Below are positions 55,317 through 64,000 of a DNA stretch of 64,000 nucleotides, in pieces. The stretch is taken from contig UQHY01000002.1 of assembly GCA_900540975.1 (NCBI GenBank), positions 7,593-71,592 on the forward strand, written 5' to 3'. How positions within the stretch are numbered: position 1 is the first letter of the stretch; every line of letters starts with the position of its first letter. The translations under genes were made by a program, and so were the position numbers. The stretch is from an uncultured Collinsella sp. (lineage in GTDB: Bacteria; Actinomycetota; Coriobacteriia; Coriobacteriales; Coriobacteriaceae). Below the pieces are notes generated by a model that worked only from the letters and a program-made list of their open reading frames with translations, did not search any database and was not told where the DNA came from.

Positions 55317-57296
55317 TTAGTCAATTGCATTGAGCGCGTCGATCTGCGCGAGCCACAGACGCGAGCTGGCGTCACTCGGCATACGCCAATCGCCGCGCGG
55401 GCTGAGCGTCACCGAGCCCACCTTGGGACCATCGGGCAGGCAGCTGCGCTTAAACTGCTGGGCAAAGAAGCGACGGTAGAACGTACGTAGCCACGTGTGG
55501 ACGGTCTTGGCATCGTAGACGCCCTCGAAGCTCTTGAGCGCCATGCGGTAGATCTTGCCCGGCTCAAAGCCAAAACGCAGCAGGTAGTAGAGGAAGTAGT
55601 CGTGCAGCTCGTACGGGCCCACCAAATCCTCGGTTTTCTGCGCAATCTCGCCGTCGCCCGTGGGCGGCAGAAGCTCGGGGGACACCGGCGTATCGAGGAT
55701 ATCGAGCAAGACCTCGGCAATACGCCCGCCAAAGACATCGGCCGCATAACGCACCAGATGGCGCACAAGCGTCTTAGGCACGCTCGCATTGACGGCATAC
55801 ATACTCATGTGGTCGCCGTTGTACGTGGCCCAGCCGAGCGCCAGCTCACTGAGGTCGCCCGTGCCGATGACAAAGCCGCCGGCTTGGTTGGCCAGATCCA
55901 TCAGAATCTGCGTACGCTCGCGCGCCTGGCTGTTCTCGTAGGTCACGTCCTGCACGGCCGGATCATGCTCGATGTCCTTAAAGTGCTGCTCCACAGCTGC
56001 ATGGATCGAGACTTCGCGAAAGCTCACGCCTAGGTCGCGAGCGAGCGACTCGGCATTGGACTTGGTGCGGTGCGTCGTGCCAAAGCCGGGCATGGACACG
56101 GCCGTGATACCGGTGCGCGGCAGGCCCAAGGCGTCGAACGCACGCACGGTCACGAGGAGCGCCAGCGTGGAATCGAGGCCGCCCGAAAGGCCGATGACGG
56201 CCGCCTTGGTGCCCGTATGGGCAAGGCGGGTCTTGAGGCCGGCGGTCTGCAGGTCGAGGATAGTCTCGCAACGCTCAGCCAGATCACCGTGGTCGGCCGG
56301 CACAAAGGGAGCGCGGGGGAAGACTCGGTCGATGTCGAGCGCATCGCGCAGGACAGGTTCTTCAACCAGCACGCCCTCAAACGAAAACTCGATGGTCGTG
56401 GCCTCCGGCGCATCGTCCGCACGCGTCCACGTCGTCGAGCGGCGACGCTCGGCAACCAGGCGGTCAAGGTCAACGTCGGCGACGGCCATATCGCAGGTGA
56501 GGAGCTTCGTGGCGGCGAGCTTAGATCCGTTTTCGTAGACGAGGTTCTCGCCCGCAAAGACCATGTCGGTCGTGGACTCGCCCTCGCTCGCATCTGCATA
56601 GGCATAGGCACAGTACAGGCGCGCACTCTGATTGGAGATGAGGCTGCGGCGATAGTCTGCCTTACCGATAATCTCGTCCGAGGCCGACGGGTTGAGGATC
56701 ACCGTCGCACCGGCAAGCGCCATCTCGGTCGAAGGGGGCGCCGGCACCCACAGGTCCTCGCAGACCTCAACGCCCAGCATCATGTCCTCGGCACCTTCAT
56801 CACAGCAGCGGTAGACAAGCCCCGAACCCAGCGGAACCGGACCCTGACCGGCAAACTCGACCCACACAGGATCTGCGGGCGCCGGAGCAAACCAGCGGCG
56901 CTCGTAGAACTCGCCATAGTTGGGCAGATACTTCTTGGCCGTAAGACCCAAAAGCTCGCCCGCGCAGCACACGGCGGCGCAGTTGTAGATATTCTCGGCA
57001 ACTGCAACGGGAAGACCGATGGTAAAGACAATCGGTAGCTCGCGGGTTTCATCGAGAATATGTGCCAGTGCGGTCTCGCAGGCATGCAGCAATGTACGGT
57101 TATGGAACAGATCAGCCGCGGTATAGCCGGTCAGGTTAAGCTCGGGCAGCACCAGCACGCGGACGCCGCGCTCGGTAGCCTCGCGAACAGCCGCCAGCGC
57201 AACCTCGGCATTGCCCTCGACATCGGCCACGCGAATCCGCGGCGACGCCGCCGCCACACGCAAAAAGCCATCAGACTGAGAAAGGTGAAGATTCAT
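55317..57296 (-). CDS. nadE: Glutamine-dependent NAD+ synthetase
   Basis: PEL.LTGY, KYLPNY.EFYE.RWF, CEDLW, GLSGGLDSTL, EN.QARER, GTGDLSE, FKRSCLPDGPK. Confidence 0.96.
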   Translation of the reverse strand: MNLHLSQSDGFLRVAAASPRIRVADVEGNAEVALAAVREATERGVRVLVLPELNLTGYTAADLFHNRTLLHACETALAHILDETRELPIVFTIGLPVAVAENIYNCAAVCCAGELLGLTAKKYLPNYGEFYERRWFAPAPADPVWVEFAGQGPVPLGSGLVYRCCDEGAEDMMLGVEVCEDLWVPAPPSTEMALAGATVILNPSASDEIIGKADYRRSLISNQSARLYCAYAYADASEGESTTDMVFAGENLVYENGSKLAATKLLTCDMAVADVDLDRLVAERRRSTTWTRADDAPEATTIEFSFEGVLVEEPVLRDALDIDRVFPRAPFVPADHGDLAERCETILDLQTAGLKTRLAHTGTKAAVIGLSGGLDSTLALLVTVRAFDALGLPRTGITAVSMPGFGTTHRTKSNAESLARDLGVSFREVSIHAAVEQHFKDIEHDPAVQDVTYENSQARERTQILMDLANQAGGFVIGTGDLSELALGWATYNGDHMSMYAVNASVPKTLVRHLVRYAADVFGGRIAEVLLDILDTPVSPELLPPTGDGEIAQKTEDLVGPYELHDYFLYYLLRFGFEPGKIYRMALKSFEGVYDAKTVHTWLRTFYRRFFAQQFKRSCLPDGPKVGSVTLSPRGDWRMPSDASSRLWLAQIDALNAID

Positions 57297-57499
57297 AAGA
57301 ATGCTCCCGTGCGTAGACGCCATTCACAACAATTAGCAAGCCCTATTGTAGTTCAACCGCCGGGTGTAACCGCATCCCACCAACTTGGTGAGCAATTGAT
57401 GAGTTGATGATATCTGTTAAATGTCACGTACGATTCACATCTGGTGGGTACCCTGATGGCTACATGAAACGAAGCAGATTTACACCGGGAGGGCCCCGT

Positions 57500-58444
57500 A
57501 TGACAACCAAGTACACCGACGCGCCGCGCACGCGCGTCATGACACCAGCCGCGCTCAACAACGGCGTTCACGAAAACCATTCCATCGGACAGACCATGGC
57601 CATCACGCCCAAAAAGGGCCTGTTCGATGACATTTCCATTCCCCAGATCATCGCCGGCGCCGCAGCCGCCGCCACGAGCGTCGCGCTTGCTTCCAAGATT
57701 GGTATTGCCGGTTCAGTAATTGGCGCCGCCGTGAGCTCGGTCATCACCGTTGTGTCCTCGCAGGTCTACCGCCACTTTATCTCCGCCAGCGCCAAAGCCC
57801 TCAAAGGTACGCACGCCGACGTCGACTACCCCGCCGGCGCCTATGAACCCGTTGAGTTTAATGCCGAGGAGCACTTAGGCGGCGCCGCAACTACCCAGGA
57901 GATGCGCCAGGTTGCAGGGCGCGCGACCACGGCGCGCGTCGCCCCCGACAGCCTGCGCGCCAAGGCGGCGGCAGAGCGCAGCCAGACGCAAAAGAAGGTC
58001 ATCATCTTCTCGATCGCCATCGCCATCGTCGCGGTCATCGCCTGCGCCGGCGCCATCCTTATCACCACTGCCGGTGAGGGCCTGGGCGAGCGCCCCGAGC
58101 CGATCCTTTCGTCGCATACGACCGAGCACGACGCGGATAGCTCCGGTCAATCGCAAAGCCAGCAGGACGACCCGCAGGGCAACTCCGCATCCACCGACTC
58201 GTCATCGAACACCCCCGATCAATCGCAGGGCGCCGATTCCTCTACGGCCAACAGTGGCACGCAATCCAGCACGACTGACTCAAGCCAAACGACTGACGGC
58301 TCTCAACCGAGCACAGGCGACCAGACGAGCGGCAATGCATCGGGCACGGGATCTACCGACAATAGCAACACCAACAGCTCGAGCGGAACCGCTTCCGGCA
58401 CGGCATCAGACAGCTCGAGCCAAGACACGGCATCGGGCAACTAA
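57500..58444 (+). CDS. Hypothetical membrane protein with Ser/Thr/Gln-rich tail
   Basis: AGAAAAATS..LAS.IG.AGS.IGAA.SS hydrophobic block, second TM, low-complexity tail. GGGAGG RBS. Confidence 0.7.
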   Translation: MTTKYTDAPRTRVMTPAALNNGVHENHSIGQTMAITPKKGLFDDISIPQIIAGAAAAATSVALASKIGIAGSVIGAAVSSVITVVSSQVYRHFISASAKALKGTHADVDYPAGAYEPVEFNAEEHLGGAATTQEMRQVAGRATTARVAPDSLRAKAAAERSQTQKKVIIFSIAIAIVAVIACAGAILITTAGEGLGERPEPILSSHTTEHDADSSGQSQSQQDDPQGNSASTDSSSNTPDQSQGADSSTANSGTQSSTTDSSQTTDGSQPSTGDQTSGNASGTGSTDNSNTNSSSGTASGTASDSSSQDTASGN

Positions 58445-58582
58445 GCACGTTTGTCTCTCATAGATAACCGACCTGCATAACGGGCGCGAACCGGCAACGG
58501 TCGCGCCCGTTTACCTTGGGCGACGAGATGGCAAGGCCCGTGCGATGGTAAGATGCTTTGGTGTGTAAAGAGGAGATTTGCC

Positions 58583-59899
58583 ATGAGCAAGACAATAGTT
58601 ACGCCCACGCTATCGCTGGGCAACCACATCTATCTGTATCGTCTGCTGCGCGACGCGATTGGGTGCGGCAAGCAAACGTTTATGACGCAGGTCGAGGAGG
58701 CGCTCGCCGCCGGCGACATGACCGCTTATGACCTGGGCTTCGAGTCCACGCGCGAGCTGCTCGAGGAGCTCAACGACTGCATTAAGCTGACCGTCTTTAA
58801 GGGCGGCCGCCTGTATGCCACCGTCATCGCCAACGAGGCCTGGGATACCGCCCTTGCCAAGGGCGAAGACAAGTCCAAGGCTGCCAAGGCTGCCAAGGGC
58901 GCCAAGCAGTCCTACAAAAAGAAGAAACGCGGTGAGAAGGACCTCAAGGCCGTGCGCCCCAAGCACGTTAAGCGTTCCGAGCCAGAAACCATGGTTGAAG
59001 CCGCGCCGGAACCCGAGCCCGAGACAGAGATCGAAGTCGCTATTGAGGTAACGGCAGAAGCCGAAACCGAAATCGCCACCACGACCGATCCCGAAGTCAT
59101 ATCTGAGCAGGAAGCCACTGCGGAGCTCGACGAGGCTCCCAAGTCGACAACCGAAGAAGTCGCTAACCAACGCGAGACGCCTGCGTTCCGAAGCAGCGAT
59201 GTCTTTGGCGACGAGGCCGAGGACGATCAGTCCGACGAGCCCGCTGATCAAGACGCTACCGAGTCGACGCCGGAGCCCGAGACGCTGCAGCCTGCCATCT
59301 CGCTCACGATCGTCTATGACCCCGAGAACGCAAACGCCGGCATCACCACCATGGCCTCCACACCGGTCGAGGCAAAGCCGTCTGTCGAGGCGGAGGACGC
59401 CCCGCAAGCCGATGCCAAAACCGAGACTGAAGACACATCCGTCTCCGTGGAACCGACAGATTCCGCAGTTAAGCCAGAACCGGCGCCCGAGTCTGCACCC
59501 GTCATCGAGTCCGCATCCGCACCTGTCTATGACCAAATTCCCGCACCGGTACCGGCTTCGGTACCCGCAGCAGCACCGGCCCCCGCATCCACAGCACCGA
59601 CCATCCCCGAGGACTTCCCCGTCGATTTCGCAACCGAGGTCTTCTGCCCCGGCCCGTTGCTACACCAGCTGTCGACCTATCTCCCCTACGGCGCCGACAC
59701 GCTCGGCATCGTCGGCGAGTACTACTGGATCGCCCGCGAACGCGGCACCATCGAGGCCGCGCGAAACCGCGCAATCTTCCCCCTGCGCTACACGCAGGCC
59801 GGCGAGCGCCACGAAGTCACTGTGCGCATCCGCCGCAACACCACCGGAGGCCTCGGAGCCACTTGGACCATCGATAAAGTCGAAGAACCAAACGAATAG
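58583..59899 (+). CDS. Hypothetical protein: two small domains joined by an acidic Pro/Glu/Ala linker
   Basis: AGGAG RBS, host-like codon usage, terminator hairpin at about 59901-59938. Confidence 0.7.
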   Translation: MSKTIVTPTLSLGNHIYLYRLLRDAIGCGKQTFMTQVEEALAAGDMTAYDLGFESTRELLEELNDCIKLTVFKGGRLYATVIANEAWDTALAKGEDKSKAAKAAKGAKQSYKKKKRGEKDLKAVRPKHVKRSEPETMVEAAPEPEPETEIEVAIEVTAEAETEIATTTDPEVISEQEATAELDEAPKSTTEEVANQRETPAFRSSDVFGDEAEDDQSDEPADQDATESTPEPETLQPAISLTIVYDPENANAGITTMASTPVEAKPSVEAEDAPQADAKTETEDTSVSVEPTDSAVKPEPAPESAPVIESASAPVYDQIPAPVPASVPAAAPAPASTAPTIPEDFPVDFATEVFCPGPLLHQLSTYLPYGADTLGIVGEYYWIARERGTIEAARNRAIFPLRYTQAGERHEVTVRIRRNTTGGLGATWTIDKVEEPNE

Positions 59900-59960
59900 C
59901 AAAACGCGGCGAACGTCACAAAACGTTCGCCGCGTTTTTATTTTTCTAGGTTGAGCATAA

Positions 59961-60106
59961 GTCAGCGAAAATGTCCCAGAGCGAGCAAGGTGACGTGAAA
60001 GAGGAGCGCCGCGTACTTTGGTACGCAAGCGACGATTGAACGTCAGATTGCCGCTCTGGGGCATTTGCAGCGTCGAGCAGTTACGCGGTTTGGAAAACCG
60101 CGTAAC
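59961..60106 (-). repeat. Family A structured repeat, just after the ettA stop
   Basis: Near-identical to 22230-22376, with paired changes in the outer stem. Confidence 0.9.
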
Positions 60107-60109
60107 AAT

Positions 60110-61789
60110 CTAGTCGCGCGTCAGCTTGCGGTGAATACGATGCGGCTGGGCTGCGTCCTCGCCCAGGCGCTCGATTCGGTTGGCCTGATAGGCCTCGAAG
60201 TTGCCCTCGAACCAATACCAGTTGCCCGGATTCTCATCGGTGCCCTCCCACGCCAGAATGTGCGTGGCGACGCGGTCCAGGAACATACGGTCGTGGCTAA
60301 TGACCACCGAGCAGCCCGGGAACTCGAGCAGCGCCGCTTCGAGCGAGGACAGCGTCTCGACGTCGAGGTCGTTCGTGGGCTCGTCGAGGAGCAGCAGGTT
60401 ACCGCCCTGCTTGAGCGTGAGCGCCAGGTTCAGACGGTTGCGCTCGCCGCCGGAGAGCACGCCAGCGCGCTTCTGCTGGTCCTGGCCCTTAAAGCCAAAG
60501 CTCGCCACATAAGCGCGGCTCGGAACCTCGGTCTCGCCGACCATCATGTGGTCCAGGCCGTCCGAGACGACCTCCCATAGGTTCTTGTCGGGGTCGATGC
60601 CGGAACGGTTCTGGTCGACGTAAGAGATCTTGACGGTCTCGCCCACCTCGAGCTCGCCCGAAGTCAGCGGCTCCAGACCCACAATCGTCTTGAACAGTGT
60701 GGTCTTGCCCACGCCGTTGGGACCGATCACGCCCACGATGCCGTTGCGCGGCAGGGTGAACGAAAGGTCATCGATGAGCACGCGGCCATCGAACTCCTTG
60801 TGCAGATGATGGGCCTCGAGCACCTTGTTGCCCAGACGCGGGCCCACAGGGATGCGGATGTCGGTCCAGTCGAGCTTCTGGCTTGCGCGGGCCTCGGCCT
60901 CCATCTCCTCGTAGCGAGCCAGACGGGCCTTGTTCTTGGCCTGGCGAGCCTTGGGCGAGCTGCGTACCCACTCGAGCTCGGCTTCCATGCGCTTGGCGAG
61001 CTTGGCATCACGGTTTCCCTGAGCCTCGATACGGGCGGCCTTAGTCTCCAGATACGTGGAATAGTTGCCCTTGTAGGGATAAAGGTGACCGCGGTCGACC
61101 TCGCAAATCCACTCGGCAACGTTATCCAGGAAGTAGCGGTCGTGCGTGACGGCCAGAACGGCGCCCTGGTAGTTATGCAGGAAGTGCTCGAGCCACAGGA
61201 TCGACTCGGCGTCCAGGTGGTTCGTGGGCTCGTCGAGCAGCAGCAGGTCAGGAGCCTCGAGCAGCAGCTTGCACAGGGCCACGCGACGGCGCTCGCCGCC
61301 AGAGAGCACGTTGACCGGCATGTCGGAATCGGGCAGCTGCAGAGCGTCCATGGCCTGGCCGAGCTTGGAATCGATATCCCAGCCATCGGCGGCGTCGATC
61401 TCGTCCTGGAGCTTGCCCATCTCGGCCATGAGGGCGTCCATGTCGCAATCCGGGTCGCACATCTCCTCGCCGATCTTATTGAAGCGATCGACCTTGGCGA
61501 TCATGTCGCCAAACGCCATGCGCACGTTCTCGATGACGGTCTTGTCGTCGTCGAGCGGCGGCTCCTGCTGCAGGATGCCCACGGTGTAGCCGGGGGTAAG
61601 CCTGGCATCGCCGTTGGAGACCTCCTCGATGCCGGCCATGATCTTGAGCAGGGTCGACTTGCCCATACCGTTGGGGCCCACGACGCCGATCTTGGCACCG
61701 GGGTAGAAGCTCAGGGTCACGTCGTCAAGGATTACCTTGTCGCCATGGGCCTTGCGAGCCTGATACATCTGGTAGATAAACTCCGCCAT
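60110..61789 (-). CDS. ettA: Energy-dependent translational throttle ABC-F protein
   Basis: MAEFIY.M, LSFYPGAKIGVVG.NG.GKS, LSGGERRRVALC, ELEWVR..PK.RQAK.KARL, WFEGNF..Y. Confidence 0.96.
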   Translation of the reverse strand: MAEFIYQMYQARKAHGDKVILDDVTLSFYPGAKIGVVGPNGMGKSTLLKIMAGIEEVSNGDARLTPGYTVGILQQEPPLDDDKTVIENVRMAFGDMIAKVDRFNKIGEEMCDPDCDMDALMAEMGKLQDEIDAADGWDIDSKLGQAMDALQLPDSDMPVNVLSGGERRRVALCKLLLEAPDLLLLDEPTNHLDAESILWLEHFLHNYQGAVLAVTHDRYFLDNVAEWICEVDRGHLYPYKGNYSTYLETKAARIEAQGNRDAKLAKRMEAELEWVRSSPKARQAKNKARLARYEEMEAEARASQKLDWTDIRIPVGPRLGNKVLEAHHLHKEFDGRVLIDDLSFTLPRNGIVGVIGPNGVGKTTLFKTIVGLEPLTSGELEVGETVKISYVDQNRSGIDPDKNLWEVVSDGLDHMMVGETEVPSRAYVASFGFKGQDQQKRAGVLSGGERNRLNLALTLKQGGNLLLLDEPTNDLDVETLSSLEAALLEFPGCSVVISHDRMFLDRVATHILAWEGTDENPGNWYWFEGNFEAYQANRIERLGEDAAQPHRIHRKLTRD

Positions 61790-61974
61790 TTGCCTGTTTT
61801 ATCCTTTCTACCTGCTGTTTCTCTATTCTTGTTTCGCCTAAGTGGAAACGAAATGGAAAAACCAGCTCTGAAACGTAACGAAAAAGGGGCATGGTTGCCC
61901 ATACCCCCTAATACTACCTGGGAAAAGTTCCCCCGGAACATACTATGAACTGCGTACGCTAGTTTTCCGCAACC

Positions 61975-62679
61975 TTAGCGAGCGGCTCGCTGCGATTTGC
62001 GCCACAGCAGATACGAGTAGACGTAGACGGCTCCAACCGAACCAAACGCCAGAACCGCAATCACCGCGGCGACGACTTCACTCGAAAGCACGCTGCCTGC
62101 CACGCCCATCGCAATCAGGCCAACACCCAGCACCATAAAGCAGGCACCGCCAAAGCGCTGCGTACGGCGCCAGTTCTCGGGATTGGCAAGCGCCCAAGGC
62201 GTCTTGATACCGAGCGTATAGTTCTGCTTCACACGCGGCAAGTAGTTGCCTACGCCGATGAACAGCAAACCGACAACACCGGAAATCAGCACGTTGACCG
62301 AACCGACCGCCGGCACCACGCCCCAGACCGTAAGCTCTCCCAGCCAGCTTATGGCGCACATGAACAAGGTGAAGGCGATTACGAAGCCCTGATAGAACTT
62401 GCCCGAGGTTCGATATGCCTCACCTTTGGGATCGATGCGCGGCACCACGCAGAACATTGCGAGAAGCACCAGAGGCAGCACGCCGAGCGCGGAGGCCATC
62501 CAGCTGGGACCCCAACCGTCGACGGCGCCGTTCGCGCCCCAGTGCGTGGGAATCTGCCCAGGCAAGCTCGGCATCACCATGAGATGCGCTACGACATTGG
62601 CGACGCACAGAGCGACCAGCGCAATCCACACGCGCGACGATACCCCCGTGGGGTGAATGCCCTTGTTTTCGTTATTCAT
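61975..62679 (-). CDS. SdpI family membrane protein (DUF1648 + SdpI)
   Basis: LP.QIPTHWG..G..DGW, PRIDPK, GNYLP.VK.N...GI.TPWAL....NW.RT.RFGG. Confidence 0.88.
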   Translation of the reverse strand: MNNENKGIHPTGVSSRVWIALVALCVANVVAHLMVMPSLPGQIPTHWGANGAVDGWGPSWMASALGVLPLVLLAMFCVVPRIDPKGEAYRTSGKFYQGFVIAFTLFMCAISWLGELTVWGVVPAVGSVNVLISGVVGLLFIGVGNYLPRVKQNYTLGIKTPWALANPENWRRTQRFGGACFMVLGVGLIAMGVAGSVLSSEVVAAVIAVLAFGSVGAVYVYSYLLWRKSQRAAR

Positions 62680-62950
62680 CCTTATCACCTTCCGTGTTTG
62701 TAAAGCCCATAAACCAACCGATCAAGTCCTGCATGACGGTAGTGTTTAAGCTGTATACGATGTTTTGACCATGACGTTCGTCGGTTACCAACCCGGCGTT
62801 TTTGAGCGTCGCCAAGTGATGGCTCAGCGACGGCTTACTGATATCGAAATGCTCGGCAAGCTCCCCCGCCGTGCAATTGCCCTCGCGCAGCAACTCCAAA
62901 ATGCGCCGTCGCGTTGGATCGGCAAGCGCCTTAAAACCCTCTCCCGGCAT
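62672..62950 (-). CDS. ArsR family repressor, SdpR-like
   Basis: FKALADPTRR.IL.LL.....TAGE.A..F.ISKPS.SHHL..LK.A.LV...R.GQ.I.YSLNTTV. Confidence 0.9.
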   Translation of the reverse strand: MPGEGFKALADPTRRRILELLREGNCTAGELAEHFDISKPSLSHHLATLKNAGLVTDERHGQNIVYSLNTTVMQDLIGWFMGFTNTEGDKDE

Positions 62951-63038
62951 AAGACCCCCTTTCATCATCTCTCATGACGCGCACACTATACTCGATATTT
63001 AGATGTTTGTCTAACTATCTAATACAGGAACATCTATA

Positions 63039-63065
63039 GAACATTCGTTCGTATTTAGCTACAAT
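63039..63065 (+). promoter_or_regulatory. LexA (SOS)-like box and TACAAT -10 element
   Basis: GAAC-ATTC-GTTC at 63039-63050; TACAAT at 63060-63065. Confidence 0.65.
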
Positions 63066-63116
63066 GGAAGTTGAAGCAGATGGGCCAGCTCCCTCTACCC
63101 GAGAAGGAGATGGACT

Positions 63117-63203
63117 ATGAGTATTGACGATGTCCTGACGTTGTTATTGCTTGTAATCGCGGCTGTGGAGCTCGGCATCCACATTGGAGGTCGAATGAAA
63201 TAG
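63117..63203 (+). CDS. 28-aa hydrophobic peptide, probable type I toxin (not in ORF track)
   Basis: AAGGAG RBS 7 nt upstream; MSIDDVLTLLLLVIAAVELGIHIGGRMK; flanking sequences pair 5' to 3'. Confidence 0.7.
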   Translation: MSIDDVLTLLLLVIAAVELGIHIGGRMK

Positions 63204-63410
63204 CCGCCCCCGCGTAATGCGAAGACGGCCACTTCTCACGCTACAAACGTGTTTGGGAGTTGGCCAACCCGCGGCAACGGGTGCCATCTGCTTCATCTTA
63301 TGCGAATCACTGCCTCATTTCAACAAGCCCCTAGGGCTCAAATGGAATCGCGATAATACCTATAATGACGATAGCTAAAACACGATTCGCTTCCCCATCG
63401 GAGGATGTCT

Positions 63411-64000
63411 ATGACCGAAACCACAGCCGCAACCCCCAACGAGACACGCGACACCAAGCTCGAGATCATCATGGGCCGCGAGGCACTCGACAAACTCGCC
63501 GCCGCCACGGTGCTGGTGCTCGGCTGCGGAGGTGTGGGCTCCAATTGCTGCGAGGCACTTGCCCGCGGCGGCATTGGTCATTTCGTCATTCTGGATAAGG
63601 ACATCATCGCGCCCAGCAATATCAATCGCCAGGCCATCGCCTTTCAAAGCACCATCGGCAAGCGCAAGGTCGATGTTATGGAAGCCATGATCCACGACAT
63701 CAATCCAGCCGCTACCGTCATCAAGCGCACCGAATACCTGTTGAGCGACAATATCGACGAGTTCTTCGCGAGCGTTTTGGAGCAGACGGACGGCAAGCTC
63801 GACTACGTCGTCGACGCCATCGACACCATCTCGGCCAAGCTCACCATTGCCAAATATGCTCAGGACCACGACATTCGTTTGGTTAGCTCCATGGGCGGGG
63901 CCAACAAGCTCCATCCCGAGTGCCTCCGCTTTGCCGACATTTTCGATACGGTACGTGACCCCATGAGCCGCATCATGCGCAAAGAATGCAAGAAGCGCGG
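63411..64000 (+). CDS. tcdA: tRNA threonylcarbamoyladenosine dehydratase (ThiF family), runs off the window
   Basis: Manual translation gives VLVLGCGGVGS..EALARGGIG, D.D....SNINRQ..A..STIG..KV, DYVVDAIDT..AK, SSMGGANK. GGAGG RBS. Confidence 0.88.
   Translation, partial: MTETTAATPNETRDTKLEIIMGREALDKLAAATVLVLGCGGVGSNCCEALARGGIGHFVILDKDIIAPSNINRQAIAFQSTIGKRKVDVMEAMIHDINPAATVIKRTEYLLSDNIDEFFASVLEQTDGKLDYVVDAIDTISAKLTIAKYAQDHDIRLVSSMGGANKLHPECLRFADIFDTVRDPMSRIMRKECKKR

Noticed and set aside
58855..58905. gccaagg(c/g) tandem repeats
   Set aside because: They encode a low-complexity AKAAKGAK stretch; there is no sign of a separate DNA-level function.
63375..63914. Minus-strand 179-aa ORF
   Set aside because: It is antisense to tcdA, which is missing from the ORF track only because it has no stop inside the window.

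Overview
High-GC chromosomal window whose gene content and codon style fit a Coriobacteriia gut bacterium (Collinsella-like; this is inference). It opens with rlmD/rumA, whose 3' end has been replaced by a Clostridiales-style conjugative element (repA-DUF-pcfB-virD4') that breaks off at about 3650. Most of the rest is housekeeping: maf, glf, pta, two ackA, xseAB, rnd, a D-Asp ligase/racemase pair, a lysine-riboswitch-controlled lysA::dapA-dapB-dapH operon, ldh, nadE, ettA and tcdA. The best signals not visible in the ORF track are: (1) a Trp-Trp-Trp leader peptide and attenuator upstream of a TrpP-like ECF transporter; (2) a probable SOS-controlled type I toxin small ORF whose mRNA ends pair with each other; (3) families of long, covarying hairpin elements that sit just after stop codons in a fixed orientation; (4) REP-like palindromes. 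A flavin/Fe-S enoate-reductase-like gene next to a two-subunit aconitase X, an M20 amidohydrolase and an MFS transporter is the best candidate for an uncharacterised metabolic pathway. All family calls come from motif recognition by eye; no database searches were run.
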